64,000 nt of DNA from assembly GCA_958295725.1 (NCBI GenBank), contig OY282368.1, positions 1,282,124 through 1,346,123 of the forward strand, in the 5' to 3' direction. This document shows, piece after piece, positions 50,228 to 59,813 of the stretch (the first letter of the stretch is position 1; every line of letters begins with the position of its first letter). A program made the position numbers and the translations under genes. The notes beneath the pieces are model-generated. The model saw only the letters and a program-made list of their open reading frames with translations. It had not been told where the DNA came from and made no database searches. The DNA is from an uncultured Alphaproteobacteria bacterium. GTDB taxonomy: Bacteria > Pseudomonadota > Alphaproteobacteria > UBA2966.

Positions 50228-50970
50228 TGCTCGAGGCGACCGGTGTCGAGACCTTCTACGGCAACATCCAGGCGTTGCGCGGGGTCGACGTCTCGATCCG
50301 GCGGGGAGAGATCGTGGCGCTCATCGGGGCCAACGGCGCCGGGAAGTCGACGTTGTTGATGACGATCTGCGGCAATCCGCGCGCGGCCTCCGGGCGCATC
50401 GTCTTCGAGAGCCGGGACATCGCATCCCTGCCGACCCACGAGATCGCGCGGCTCGGGATCGCGCAGGTGCCCGAGGGGCGTCGGATCTTTCCTCGCATGA
50501 CGGTGCTGGAGAACCTCCAGATGGGTGCGACGGTCGCCGAAGAGGCCTGCTACGAGGAGGACGTCGAGCGCGTCTTCGAGCTCTTTCCCGTCCTTCGCGA
50601 GCGCCAGCGCCAGCGCGGCGGCACGTTGTCCGGCGGCGAACAGCAGATGCTCGCCATCGCCCGCGCCCTGATGAGCCGGCCCAGACTCCTGTTGCTGGAC
50701 GAACCCTCTCTCGGCCTCGCGCCGCGTCTCGTGGCCCGGATCTTCGAGACCATCGGGGAGATCAACGAACGCCAGGACGTGACGATCTTCCTCGTCGAGC
50801 AGAACGCCCATCACGCCTTGCGTCTGGCGCACCGGGCCTACGTGATGGCGAACGGCGCCATCCTGTTGACGGGGACGGGACGGGAGCTGCTCGACAACGA
50901 CGAGGTCCGCGCGGCCTACCTGGAGGGCGGGGCCGGGAAGACGGATGTCGAACGGGGAGGGGACGTGTGA
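50227..50970 (+). CDS. livF: ABC ATP-binding protein (LivF-like), second operon
   Basis: Overlapping start. Walker A GANGAGKST, signature LSGGEQQ. Confidence 0.85.
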   Translation: MLEATGVETFYGNIQALRGVDVSIRRGEIVALIGANGAGKSTLLMTICGNPRAASGRIVFESRDIASLPTHEIARLGIAQVPEGRRIFPRMTVLENLQMGATVAEEACYEEDVERVFELFPVLRERQRQRGGTLSGGEQQMLAIARALMSRPRLLLLDEPSLGLAPRLVARIFETIGEINERQDVTIFLVEQNAHHALRLAHRAYVMANGAILLTGTGRELLDNDEVRAAYLEGGAGKTDVERGGDV

Positions 50971-51329
50971 TGGAGGGGCCGCCCGACGCGAACCTCGGTG
51001 TCTTCCTCGTCGTGACCGTCGCGGTCATGGGCTTCGCCGCGTACATGACGGGGCAGGCCTGCGCGAACACCTGGCGTCCCGTCGGACACGTGGTCTTTTA
51101 CTGCTTGCTGCTGGGTTTGGCGGACCGGTTCCTGGTCTTCGCCCTGTTCGAGGGCGAGTTGCTGTCGGTCGGCGGCTACCTCGTCGATACCGCGGTGCTG
51201 GTTGCCGTCGCGCTGCTCGCCTTCCGGCTGAATCGGACCGCGCGCCTGACGACGCAGTATCCGTGGCTTTACGAGCGTGTGGGGCTTCTGTCGTGGCGCG
51301 ACCGGCCCCGGCACGGCGACGGCCCGTGA
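50970..51329 (+). CDS. Small 3-TM membrane protein commonly trailing Liv operons (DUF6867-like)
   Basis: Start overlaps the livF stop. Three hydrophobic helices. Family assignment is from memory only. Confidence 0.4.
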   Translation: MEGPPDANLGVFLVVTVAVMGFAAYMTGQACANTWRPVGHVVFYCLLLGLADRFLVFALFEGELLSVGGYLVDTAVLVAVALLAFRLNRTARLTTQYPWLYERVGLLSWRDRPRHGDGP

Positions 51330-51506
51330 CAACGACATGGACCCGTTCGACAAGACGGCGAGGATCCCGGGCGCGGGCGGCAACGGCGTGACGAACGCGG
51401 AAGCTCCCGGTTCGACAGGGCGCGTCGCGGCGTGCTACATTGCGAGCGTCACGAGCGTCGATACCCACCGGAAAAGTAAGGCGCCCCGGAGATCGAGGAG
51501 CACGTC

Positions 51507-52592
51507 ATGTCCGCAGCCGAGGAATTGACCGATTACGCCATGCCGCCCGACGAGATCGCCGGGCCGAGCGTCTGGTACGGCCCCGAAATGGCCGCACGGG
51601 AAGACACGTGGCTTCGTCCCTTCGACGAGAAGGAGCTCGCCGAGCTCGACGCCGCCATGCGGGACGTGAAATCCCGAGGTCTCGACATTCTGGACATCGA
51701 CAGAAACGCTTTCCCGTTACCCACGCTTTCGCCGGTCTTCGACGAGATCCGTCGCGAGCTGCTGCGCGGCCGCGGTTTCGTCCTGATGCGCGGAATCCCG
51801 GTGGAGCGCTATTCCATCGAGGAATCGGCGATCGTCTATTTCGGCATCGGCTCGCACTTCGGTCTCTCCCTGCCGCAGAACGCCAGGGGGCACGTGCTGG
51901 GACACATCAGGGACGTCGGCCGCCATGAGTTCGATACCAAATCGCGCATCTACCAGACCAACGCGCGTCAGACCTTCCATTCGGATACCGCAGACATCAT
52001 CGGCCTTATGTGCCTGCATCCGGCCAGGAAAGGCGGGGAGTCGGCAGTCGTCTCGTCCGACACTCTCTACAACGAGGTGCGCCGCCGCCGTCCGGACCTG
52101 CTGCCGCTGCTCTTTCAGCCCTACGCCACGGACTGGCGTAACGAGGCGCCGGACGGAGGCGAGGGCCATTACTCCGTGCCGGTCCTCAGTTGGCACGCGG
52201 GACGGCTCTACTGCCGGTACGCGCGGCGCTACATCGATTCGGCCCAGCGTTTCGATGACGTGCCGCCGCTGACGGAGCGGGAGGTCGAGGCACTCGATTT
52301 CTTCGACTCGGTGGCGGACGATCCCGCCATCCACCTGAAGATGGAGTTCAAGGCGGGGGACATTCAACTGATCCACAACCACCAGACCCTGCACGACCGC
52401 ACCGAGTTCGAGGACTGGCCGGAACCCGAGCGCAAGCGCCACCTGTTGCGGCTGTGGCTCAACTGCGTGGACGGCTTGCCGTTACCGGAATCCTTGCGGC
52501 CCCGCTATCGCGAGCTCGAAATCGGGAGCCCGTTGCGCGGCGGCCTCCGCGTCCCCGGCCAAGTCCTTGTCGCGCCCCTCGAGGCGGAGTAG
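51507..52592 (+). CDS. TauD/TfdA-family Fe(II)/2-oxoglutarate dioxygenase
   Basis: HxD motif (FHSDTAD) and a distal His (HNHQTLHDR) in a TauD-like fold. 361 aa. Confidence 0.7.
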   Translation: MSAAEELTDYAMPPDEIAGPSVWYGPEMAAREDTWLRPFDEKELAELDAAMRDVKSRGLDILDIDRNAFPLPTLSPVFDEIRRELLRGRGFVLMRGIPVERYSIEESAIVYFGIGSHFGLSLPQNARGHVLGHIRDVGRHEFDTKSRIYQTNARQTFHSDTADIIGLMCLHPARKGGESAVVSSDTLYNEVRRRRPDLLPLLFQPYATDWRNEAPDGGEGHYSVPVLSWHAGRLYCRYARRYIDSAQRFDDVPPLTEREVEALDFFDSVADDPAIHLKMEFKAGDIQLIHNHQTLHDRTEFEDWPEPERKRHLLRLWLNCVDGLPLPESLRPRYRELEIGSPLRGGLRVPGQVLVAPLEAE

Positions 52593-52678
52593 CTCCCGGC
52601 CGCGGCAGACGGCCGAAACGGTCGGACAGCGGTCTCCGGGGCGACGCCGACGCGGAGGACGGGGAAGGGGGATATCCG

Positions 52679-54127
52679 TTACTCCAGCCCCACCCAGACG
52701 CTCTTCTGCTGGAGATACTCGCGGATCATGGCGGAGCCCGACTCGCGCCCGAGACCGGATTTCTTGTAGCCGCCGAAGGGCATCATCGGGGACTGCTGGC
52801 GATAGGTATTGATCCACACCGTTCCGGCCTGCACGCCACGGGCGACCCTGTGCGCGCGGCCCAGGTTCTCGGTCCAGATACCGGCGGCGAGACCGAAGTC
52901 GATGTCGTTGGCGATACTCACGGCCTCGTCGTCGTCCTTGAAGCGGATGACCGAGAGGACGGGACCGAATATCTCCTCCCGCGCCACGCGCATCCCGTTG
53001 TCGACGCCGTCGAACACGGTGGCCTCGATGAAGCGGCCGTCGCCGCATTCCGGCCCGGCGCCCCGGTTGCCCCCGCACACGAGCTCCGCGCCCTCCGCCT
53101 TGGCCACATCGACGTATTCCATGATCTTGTCGAACTGCGAGGCGGTGGCCACGGGACCGAGTTGCGTGTCTTCACGGGTCGGGTCGCCCATCTTCCGGGA
53201 GGCGGCGACGGCGGCGATGGCGGTCACGACCTCCCTGTGGATATCCTCCTGGATCAGGAGGCGCGAGCCGGCGATGCAGGTCTGGCCGGTCGAGGCGAAA
53301 ATGCCGGCGACGACTCCGGGGACGGCTTTTTCCAGGTCCGCGTCGGCGAACAGGATATTGGGGGACTTGCCGCCGAGCTCCAGCGTCACGCGCTTGAGAT
53401 GCCTGGCGCCGGCCTCGTAGACCCGTGCGCCGGCCTCGGTGCTCCCGGTAAAGGCGATCTTGGCGGTCAGCGGGTGCTCGACCAGCGCCATGCCCGCTTC
53501 GCCGCCGCCGCCGGTGACGACGTTGACGACACCTGCCGGAAACCCGGCCTCCTCCACGAGACGCATGAAGACGAGGGTCGATGTCGAGGTGTTGCTGGAG
53601 GGCTTGACGACCATGGTGTTGCCCGCCGAGAGCGCCGGGGCGAGCTTCCATGACAGCAACCTGAGCGGGGAGTTCCACGGCGTGACGGCGACGCAGACGC
53701 CGACCGGCTCGAAGCGCGTGTAGTTGAGGAACCTGTCCTCGTCGACGGGAACGGTGTCGCCCTGGACCTTGTCAGCGAGACCCCCGTAGTAACGATACCA
53801 GCCGGCCATGGTGCGCATCTGGTTACGAGTCTCGCCGATGACCTTGCCGTTATCGCGCGTTTCGGCCTGGGCGAGTTCCTCGGCGTTCTCCAGGACCAGA
53901 TCGCCCAGCCGGCCCAGGAGCCCGCCGCGGTCGGACGCCTTCATCTTCGGCCACTCGCCGGTCGTGAAGGCGCGGTGCGCCGCCCGCACGGCCCGGTCGG
54001 CGTCCGTGGCGTCGGCCTTGGCGACCCTGGCCCAGGGCGCGGCGGTGTAAGGGTTGTCCGTGTCGAACCAGGCGCCGGCGGCGGCCTCGCGGCGCTCGCC
54101 GTCGATATACATGCCGAAGTGTTCCAT
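52679..54127 (-). CDS. NAD(P)-dependent aldehyde dehydrogenase
   Basis: ALDH catalytic motifs LELGGKSP and FASTGQTCIAGSRLL (catalytic Cys) and the C-terminal PFGGYKKSG motif. Confidence 0.9.
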   Translation of the reverse strand: MEHFGMYIDGERREAAAGAWFDTDNPYTAAPWARVAKADATDADRAVRAAHRAFTTGEWPKMKASDRGGLLGRLGDLVLENAEELAQAETRDNGKVIGETRNQMRTMAGWYRYYGGLADKVQGDTVPVDEDRFLNYTRFEPVGVCVAVTPWNSPLRLLSWKLAPALSAGNTMVVKPSSNTSTSTLVFMRLVEEAGFPAGVVNVVTGGGGEAGMALVEHPLTAKIAFTGSTEAGARVYEAGARHLKRVTLELGGKSPNILFADADLEKAVPGVVAGIFASTGQTCIAGSRLLIQEDIHREVVTAIAAVAASRKMGDPTREDTQLGPVATASQFDKIMEYVDVAKAEGAELVCGGNRGAGPECGDGRFIEATVFDGVDNGMRVAREEIFGPVLSVIRFKDDDEAVSIANDIDFGLAAGIWTENLGRAHRVARGVQAGTVWINTYRQQSPMMPFGGYKKSGLGRESGSAMIREYLQQKSVWVGLE

Positions 54128-54206
54128 GAGGTCGCGTCTCTCCGTCGTGGATGTTCTCGTGAATTCGGGTGCGGATCGACCGTGTAGCGGAGTATGTCGG
54201 CTTCAT

Positions 54207-54329
54207 CCCATCGAGCGCATGTTCGACAGAATCAAGGACTGGCGGCGTATCGCCACACGATACGACCGATGCGCCCACACCTTCTTCAGCGCCATCTGCA
54301 TCGCCGCTACCGTCATCTTCCGGTTATGA
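54207..54329 (+). pseudogene. C-terminal remnant of an IS5-family transposase
   Basis: IERMFDRIKDWRRIATRYDRCAHTFFSAICIAATVIFRL matches the conserved IS5/IS427 transposase C-terminus (ERFFxxIKxxRRIATRYDK). No upstream catalytic domain was found. Confidence 0.6.
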
Positions 54330-54579
54330 GTCCCGAGCCCGGATTTCCGACCGGACCCGACGTCCGGTCAACCCGTGATTCCATTTCTTGAAAATTCGCC
54401 AGGGCAACTGCATGGATGGGAATATATCGAAAAGGGTTGGGGGCCGTTCATGGCCGGGGGAGGGGCCTGCTCCGCGGTCGCCGATAGTCTCCTCCTTCCC
54501 GCGTTCCTCACGATGGGCCGCCGTTCCCGACCGCGCCGCGGGCGGCCGGGCCGCTCTACGCGGCCGCCCGCGGCGCGGC

Positions 54580-54882
54580 CTACGGAAGCAGCTTGAGCAA
54601 GGCGAAGGTCAAGCCGGCGTTGGCGAGCACGATGCCGACGGCAATCCCGACGAACCGGACGGTCACGCGGGTTTCGAGGGCGGCAAGGTCGGCTTTCGTC
54701 GCCATCTTGTCCTCGATGTGTTCGATCTTGTCTTCAAGGTGGGCGATGTCGGTCTTGGCGGCGACGCCTCCGGTGATGGCGTCGCGAACCGTCGCCACGA
54801 CGCTTTCGGCCTGGCGTTCGTCGAACCCGGCTTCCCGGAGCGCCTTGGCGGCGGCGCAGGTGTCGAAGGCGGTAGCGGTCAT
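54580..54882 (-). CDS. DUF1640-like small coiled-coil/TM protein, tandem paralogue 1 of 5
   Basis: N-terminal MTATAFDTCAAAKALREAGFDERQAE, a central coiled coil, and C-terminal TM GIAVGIVLANAGLTFALLKLLP. Confidence 0.5.
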   Translation of the reverse strand: MTATAFDTCAAAKALREAGFDERQAESVVATVRDAITGGVAAKTDIAHLEDKIEHIEDKMATKADLAALETRVTVRFVGIAVGIVLANAGLTFALLKLLP

Positions 54883-54909
54883 GCGGCGGTTCCCCCGGTC
54901 GGGCGCGGC

Positions 54910-55173
54910 CTACGGAAGCAGCTTGAGCAAGGCGAAGGTCAAGCCGGCGTTGGCGAGAACGATGCCGACGGCAATCCCGACGAACCGGACGGTCATGCGG
55001 GTTTCGAGGGCGGCAATCTCGATCCTGAGGTCAGCTTTGGTCGCCAGTTCGTTCCGGTCGGCGGCAGTGGCGTCGCGCATGACGGCGACGGCGGCTTCGG
55101 CCTGGCGTTCGTCGAACCCGGCTTCCCGAAGGGTCTTGGCGGCGGCGCAGGTGTCGAAGGCGGTAGCGGTCAT
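54910..55173 (-). CDS. DUF1640-like small coiled-coil/TM protein, tandem paralogue 2 of 5
   Basis: Same N- and C-terminal modules with a different central segment. Start trimmed to MTATAF. Confidence 0.5.
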   Translation of the reverse strand: MTATAFDTCAAAKTLREAGFDERQAEAAVAVMRDATAADRNELATKADLRIEIAALETRMTVRFVGIAVGIVLANAGLTFALLKLLP

Positions 55174-55199
55174 GCGGCGGTTCCCCGGTCGGGCGCGGC

Positions 55200-55451
55200 C
55201 TACGGAAGCAGCTTGATGAGCGCGACGACGGCGGCGACGATGGCTCCGGCCTGCATCCACGAGGCGCGGTACATCCGCGCTTCGAGAGCGGCAATCTCGA
55301 TCCTGAGGTCAGCTTTGGTCGCCAGTTCGTTCCGGTCGGCGGCAGTGGCGTCGCGCATGACGGCGACGGCGGCTTCGGCCTGGCGTTCGTCGAACCCGGC
55401 TTCCCGAAGGGTCTTGGCGGCGGCGTAGGTGTCGAAGGCAGTGGCGGTCAT
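55200..55451 (-). CDS. DUF1640-like small coiled-coil/TM protein, tandem paralogue 3 of 5
   Basis: Same N-terminus. The C-terminal TM has diverged (WMQAGAIVAAVVALIKLLP). Confidence 0.5.
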   Translation of the reverse strand: MTATAFDTYAAAKTLREAGFDERQAEAAVAVMRDATAADRNELATKADLRIEIAALEARMYRASWMQAGAIVAAVVALIKLLP

Positions 55452-55506
55452 GCGGCGGTTCCCCGGTCGGGCGCGGCCTACGGAAGCAGCTTGAGGGCGG
55501 CGCCGA

Positions 55507-55758
55507 TCAAGCCGCCGGCGGAAGCAGCTTGAGCAAGGCGAAGGTCAAGCCGGCGTTGGCGAACACGATCCCGATAGCGACCTTGAGCATGTCGGCCTTG
55601 AGATCGGCGAGATCGGCCTTGTCGGCCTTGGTGGCCATCTTGTCTTCAAGGCGGGCGATGTCGGTCTTGGTGGCGACGCCTTCGGCCTGGCGTTCGTCGA
55701 ACCCGGCTTCCCGGAGCGCCTTGGCGGCGGCGCAGGTGTCGAAGGCGGTGGCGGTCAT
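55507..55758 (-). CDS. DUF1640-like small coiled-coil/TM protein, tandem paralogue 4 of 5
   Basis: Same N-terminus and a shortened central region. A 3' duplication scar (LKLLPPAA plus a vestigial repeat at 55490-55520). Confidence 0.45.
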   Translation of the reverse strand: MTATAFDTCAAAKALREAGFDERQAEGVATKTDIARLEDKMATKADKADLADLKADMLKVAIGIVFANAGLTFALLKLLPPAA

Positions 55759-55784
55759 GCGGCGGTTCCCCGGTCGGGCGCGGC

Positions 55785-56024
55785 CTACGGAAGCAGCTTG
55801 AGCAAGCCGACGATGAGCACGGCCTGTCCGGCGGCGACGGCGAAGACGAAGCGGACCAGCCGGGTTTCGAGGTTGGCGAGATCGGCCTTCGTCGCCAGCG
55901 TGTCCCGCTCGGCGGCAGTGGCGTCGCGCATGACGGCGACGGCGGCTTCGGCCTGGCGTTCGTCGAACCCGGCTTCCCGAAGAGTCTTGGCGGCGGCGTA
56001 AGTGTCGAAGGCGGTGGCGGGCAT
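55785..56024 (-). CDS. DUF1640-like small coiled-coil/TM protein, tandem paralogue 5 of 5
   Basis: MPATAFDTYAAAKTLREAGFDERQAE... The track ORF extends to 56090, and the start is uncertain. Confidence 0.45.
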   Translation of the reverse strand: MPATAFDTYAAAKTLREAGFDERQAEAAVAVMRDATAAERDTLATKADLANLETRLVRFVFAVAAGQAVLIVGLLKLLP

Positions 56025-56186
56025 GAAGCGATCATGGGCCATCACGGGTCCTTGCGCAAGTTCCGCACGGTCCCGCAACATCCCGTCCATGCCCGTTTCA
56101 GATTGTTGGCGAAATTGGGGGTGTAATCCGATGTCCAGAAGAAATATCGCATTTTTCTGTGGATTTCAGGACATTTAGCGGCGGAT

Positions 56187-56230
56187 TCCCAATCCGCAGG
56201 CCGGAGGTTCGAATCCCTCCGGGGTCGCCA
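56187..56230 (+). other. tRNA-Gly(CCC)-like 3' fragment (anticodon arm, imperfect T-arm, acceptor 3' strand plus CCA) lacking a 5' half
   Basis: GCGGA-TTCCCAA-TCCGC stem-loop with anticodon CCC. GGTTCGAATCC T-loop. ...GGGGTCGCCA at the end. The upstream 30 nt cannot form the D-arm or acceptor 5' strand. Confidence 0.35.
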
Positions 56231-56574
56231 AGCCTCTCCTTCCAGAAACCCTGGAGAAACAGCGACTTTCACGGAACGAGGCCAAAGAAATTGGCTCGAT
56301 TGGCGAATCGCAGGCATGTCCCGGCCGTGGCGGTCGGACATGGCAGCCTCTCCTATATCCGGGGAACCTGAACCACATGCCGCTCGAATACTGAATGCCG
56401 CTTACAGGTCCTGAGCCTGGCGACACACGACCGCACCGGGCACTCGACGGACATACCCCTGCCGAGTACCTTCACTCGCTCACAGCCAATGAGACCCCAT
56501 CGTCTCATATATCCTGAACCAGGACGAATTTTGACCTTGCGGCGTCGTTCGTGGTAGGGTAGGGTTGCGAACTT

Positions 56575-56605
56575 CACGGGGCCTCTTATCTTCACGGGGC
56601 CTCTT
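56575..56605 (+). repeat. Two copies of the CACGGGGCCTCTT unit (separated by ATCTT) upstream of SLP gene copy 2
   Basis: Same promoter-proximal context as 41420-41549, but 2 units rather than 10. Confidence 0.85.
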
Positions 56606-56628
56606 ATTAAGAAACAGAGAGGTTCCGA

Positions 56629-58164
56629 ATGTCTATCAACGGTACGAGTGGATTCGTCTTGTCGGCGGCGGCGTGCGCGATCGTGCTGTCCGGCTGCGGC
56701 GGCGGCGGCGGCGGCTCGTCGCCGGCGAAAGAGATCGCGGATTTGGCCGAAGGCGGCCGTCTACAGATCATGAAAGCCGCCGGGAACGACCCCGCGCCGA
56801 GCGGCAGCGTGATGCAATCCTCGAATGCGACGGACGGCGTGACGAAGGACAGCATCGGCGTCATGGCAAAGCACGAGAACGGGCAGGTGACGTTCGCCGT
56901 AGACTACGACGACGGCTCCGGGGGAGACCCCGAGATAACGATGGGCACGGCGGACGACCTGCGCGCGAGGTTCTCCGGCGACGTCATTTGCGAACAGTGC
57001 GACGCCAAGCCGTTCAGCGGCAACGCCAGGTGGAACGGCGCCGAACTGCGAAAGTCGTACGGGGACGGAACGTTGTGGGTCGATGTCTACACGGATATCG
57101 AGAAACCGACGACGGAGACGGTGACGACCGGCGGCGACGCTCCTCAAACCGGCGATGGCACCCGGGATGTTCCTACCGGGACGCGGATATCGTTTACGCA
57201 ATTCATCGGAGGCCGCGTCGACATCGATAGGCCAGGTGGGTTTAGCACTCTTGGGACACTGGATGGCGCTATGGGTACGTTCACGTGCCCGTCGAGTTGT
57301 GTTGTCAGTAACCACATCGTGGCAGGGGGGAGTTGGACCTTCACCCCCACCCGGCCGCCGGGAGCCCTTGACGTTCTAAGCAACGCGGCCGGCGTCGTCC
57401 TTACAGGGAACTTCGATGAGACTCGAACTGACGGCACCTTCAACGGCGCGGCGGGATACTTCAAATGCCTGTCCCGGTTGACGGGAAGTTGCGGTCGTGG
57501 CGTATCGAACGGCCGCACTACGCTCAGTGGCGAGTGGGTATTCATTCCCACCACCCCCACGCCAGCAGGTACGACGACGACACGCACCGTACAGGATGCC
57601 GACTATCTGGCCGGCGGAGTCTGGTTGTACGTTCCGGAGAGCGGCGACGCTTATCAGTTCGGCGCCTTCGTAGACGGCGGCCAGCCCTTTCTCCAGAGCC
57701 GTATCGAGGGCCTGACGGGCACCGCGAAGTATGCAGGAGACGCGACCGGTATCTACGTGGAAAAGGAATCCTCCACCGCCGCCGCCGAGATCGGATATTT
57801 CGACGCGGAGGTGACGTTGACGGCCGACTTCGGCACGAATGCCGAGCTGGGAACGATCCGTGGAGTCATCGATAACTTCGTCGAGGAGTCGACCGACGAG
57901 GCCATTGTCGGGGATCCGGAGGTGACGCTGCGGCAGGCTGACATCGGGTCCGCGGACAGCGGTTTCTTCAAGGGCAAGACGACGGCAACCCTCTCCGGCA
58001 GAGAGTTCACCGGCAAATGGGGTGGCCAGTTCTACGGCAACGGCGCCACCGCCACCGCCCACCCCGGTTCCGTCGCCGGCACGTTCGGCGGCGCGGCGCC
58101 GGAGAACGCCGACGACGGTTACGAAGCCTCGTTCGTAGGGGCGTACGGGGCCTACAAACAGTAA
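56629..58164 (+). CDS. Surface lipoprotein with TbpB/fHbp-like C-terminal beta-barrel (putative Slam/T11SS cargo), copy 2
   Basis: Lipobox VLSGC plus a Gly-rich linker. Its central region differs from copy 1. Conserved handle motifs (AKYAGDATGIY, FDAEVTLTADFG...LGTIRGVI) and C-terminal barrel (FTGKWGGQFYGNGA...GSVAGTFGG...FVGAYGAYKQ). Confidence 0.65.
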   Translation: MSINGTSGFVLSAAACAIVLSGCGGGGGGSSPAKEIADLAEGGRLQIMKAAGNDPAPSGSVMQSSNATDGVTKDSIGVMAKHENGQVTFAVDYDDGSGGDPEITMGTADDLRARFSGDVICEQCDAKPFSGNARWNGAELRKSYGDGTLWVDVYTDIEKPTTETVTTGGDAPQTGDGTRDVPTGTRISFTQFIGGRVDIDRPGGFSTLGTLDGAMGTFTCPSSCVVSNHIVAGGSWTFTPTRPPGALDVLSNAAGVVLTGNFDETRTDGTFNGAAGYFKCLSRLTGSCGRGVSNGRTTLSGEWVFIPTTPTPAGTTTTRTVQDADYLAGGVWLYVPESGDAYQFGAFVDGGQPFLQSRIEGLTGTAKYAGDATGIYVEKESSTAAAEIGYFDAEVTLTADFGTNAELGTIRGVIDNFVEESTDEAIVGDPEVTLRQADIGSADSGFFKGKTTATLSGREFTGKWGGQFYGNGATATAHPGSVAGTFGGAAPENADDGYEASFVGAYGAYKQ

Positions 58165-58204
58165 CGCCGCAGGCCGTCCCGAAACGGAAAGAAGGCATCG
58201 CGAG

Positions 58205-59578
58205 ATGCCTTCTTTTTCGTTCGCGCCCCGGCTGTTCGGCGCGCTCGCCGCCGTCCTGTTCCTTCTCCCGGTCCTCGCGACCGTCGCGGCTTCCGACCGT
58301 TCCCACCTGTCCTCCGACCCCCGGGTCAACGACGCCCGGACACTCATCGAAAGCGGCCGCTTCGCCGAGGCGCTGGACGTCCTGCGCCCGCTGGCGCCGG
58401 ACCATCCGGACCGGACGGACGTCCTCTTCCTCCTCGGTCTGGCCGCCGTCGAGGCCTCCCGGCGGGCCGACACCGGGGAAGCGGAACGAACCGTCCTGCT
58501 CGACGAGGCCATCGCCGCGCTCCGCGCCATCCTGATCGATCGGCCGGGTCTCGTGCGCGTGCGCCTGGAGCTGGCGCGGGCGTTCTTCCTCAAGCGCGAG
58601 GACGACCTCTCGCGCGAGCATTTCGAGCGCGTGCTGGCCGGCGGGCCGTCGCCGGCGATGGTCGCCAACATCCGCCGTTATCTGGCGGAAATGCGGGAGC
58701 GCCGGCGTTGGAGCGCCTGGTTCGGCGCGGCGCTGGCGCCGGACAGCAATCTCAACACGGCCTCGGACTCGGACGTCATCTACATCCGCGGTCTGCCGTT
58801 CCGCCGCGGGGCGGACGCGGGCCCCCGCTCGGGGGTGGGCGCCATCCTCTGGACGGGCGGCGAATACCAGCACCCCCTCGGCCAGCGCCTGCGCCTGCGC
58901 GCGGGCGCCGACCTCGCTCGCCGGGAGTATGCCGGAAGCGGCTTCGATCGGACCTTTCTGTCCGGGCACGTCGGGCCGCGCTGGCTGGCGGACGCGAAGA
59001 CCGAGGCGAGCCTGCTCGCCAGCGCCCGGCGCAGCTGGAGAGCCGGGGCGCCGGAGAGCCATGACCTCGGCGCCCGTCTGGAGGGCGAGCGCCGCTTCTC
59101 CCGACGCGTGACGGCGAGCGCGCGAACCTCCCTGCACTGGCGCGAATACCGGAGCGACCGACGCCTCGACGGGCCGGTTTTCGATCTCTCCCTGGGCGCC
59201 GCATGGCTCGCGACGCCGACCGTGCGGTTCGATGCGACGCTCGGCTATGCGCGTGAACGCCCGGGGCGAACGGTCTGGCGCAATACCAGCCGATGGGCGC
59301 GGGCCGGTTTCTCCATGGCGCTGCCGCTGGGCTTCACCGTCGGCGTCGGCGGTGAATTGCGCCGGACAGGGTACGAGGGCCGGTCGCCGTACACGCTCGG
59401 CGGCGCGTCCCGCGAGGACCGGGTCCGGGTGCTGCGGATCTCGACGTTCAATCGGGTCTTCACCCTGTACGGATACAGTCCGCGGCTCGTGCTGGCGAAC
59501 GAGGCGCGCGACTCCAACGCGCAACTGCACGACTACAAGCGCAACCGCGCCGAATTGCGATTCGTGCGGCAGTTCTAG
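58205..59578 (+). CDS. Slam/DUF560 outer-membrane protein, type XI secretion, copy 2
   Basis: Mature region essentially identical to copy 1. Only the signal peptide and a few residues differ. Confidence 0.7.
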   Translation: MPSFSFAPRLFGALAAVLFLLPVLATVAASDRSHLSSDPRVNDARTLIESGRFAEALDVLRPLAPDHPDRTDVLFLLGLAAVEASRRADTGEAERTVLLDEAIAALRAILIDRPGLVRVRLELARAFFLKREDDLSREHFERVLAGGPSPAMVANIRRYLAEMRERRRWSAWFGAALAPDSNLNTASDSDVIYIRGLPFRRGADAGPRSGVGAILWTGGEYQHPLGQRLRLRAGADLARREYAGSGFDRTFLSGHVGPRWLADAKTEASLLASARRSWRAGAPESHDLGARLEGERRFSRRVTASARTSLHWREYRSDRRLDGPVFDLSLGAAWLATPTVRFDATLGYARERPGRTVWRNTSRWARAGFSMALPLGFTVGVGGELRRTGYEGRSPYTLGGASREDRVRVLRISTFNRVFTLYGYSPRLVLANEARDSNAQLHDYKRNRAELRFVRQF

Positions 59579-59813
59579 GCTCAGGACTCATAACCGGACC
59601 TGCTCATCCGCAAGACTCGTCCAGCGACGGGAGTGCCGATCATGGACTTCATCGCCGTCGGGTCCATCCATACTCCCCCCCTGAAAGGGGAAGAAGTGGC
59701 GCACCGGACATTGCCGTCTTGACGATTCCGGTGTCGCGCGGGTGGAATCGCCGTGGGGTCTCGCTCCCGGTCCCCGATGCGGCGACCCGGCGGGAGGCCG
59801 GAAGGAGGGACGG

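Noticed and set aside
54054-54391. Intact IS5 transposase gene
   Set aside because: Only the about 40 C-terminal residues match. Upstream frames are shuffled with no DDE catalytic region, so it is called a remnant.
56150-56235. An intact tRNA gene
   Set aside because: Only the anticodon arm, T-arm and 3' acceptor strand can be folded. The upstream 30 nt cannot form a D-arm or a complementary acceptor 5' strand, and the T-stem has a mismatch.
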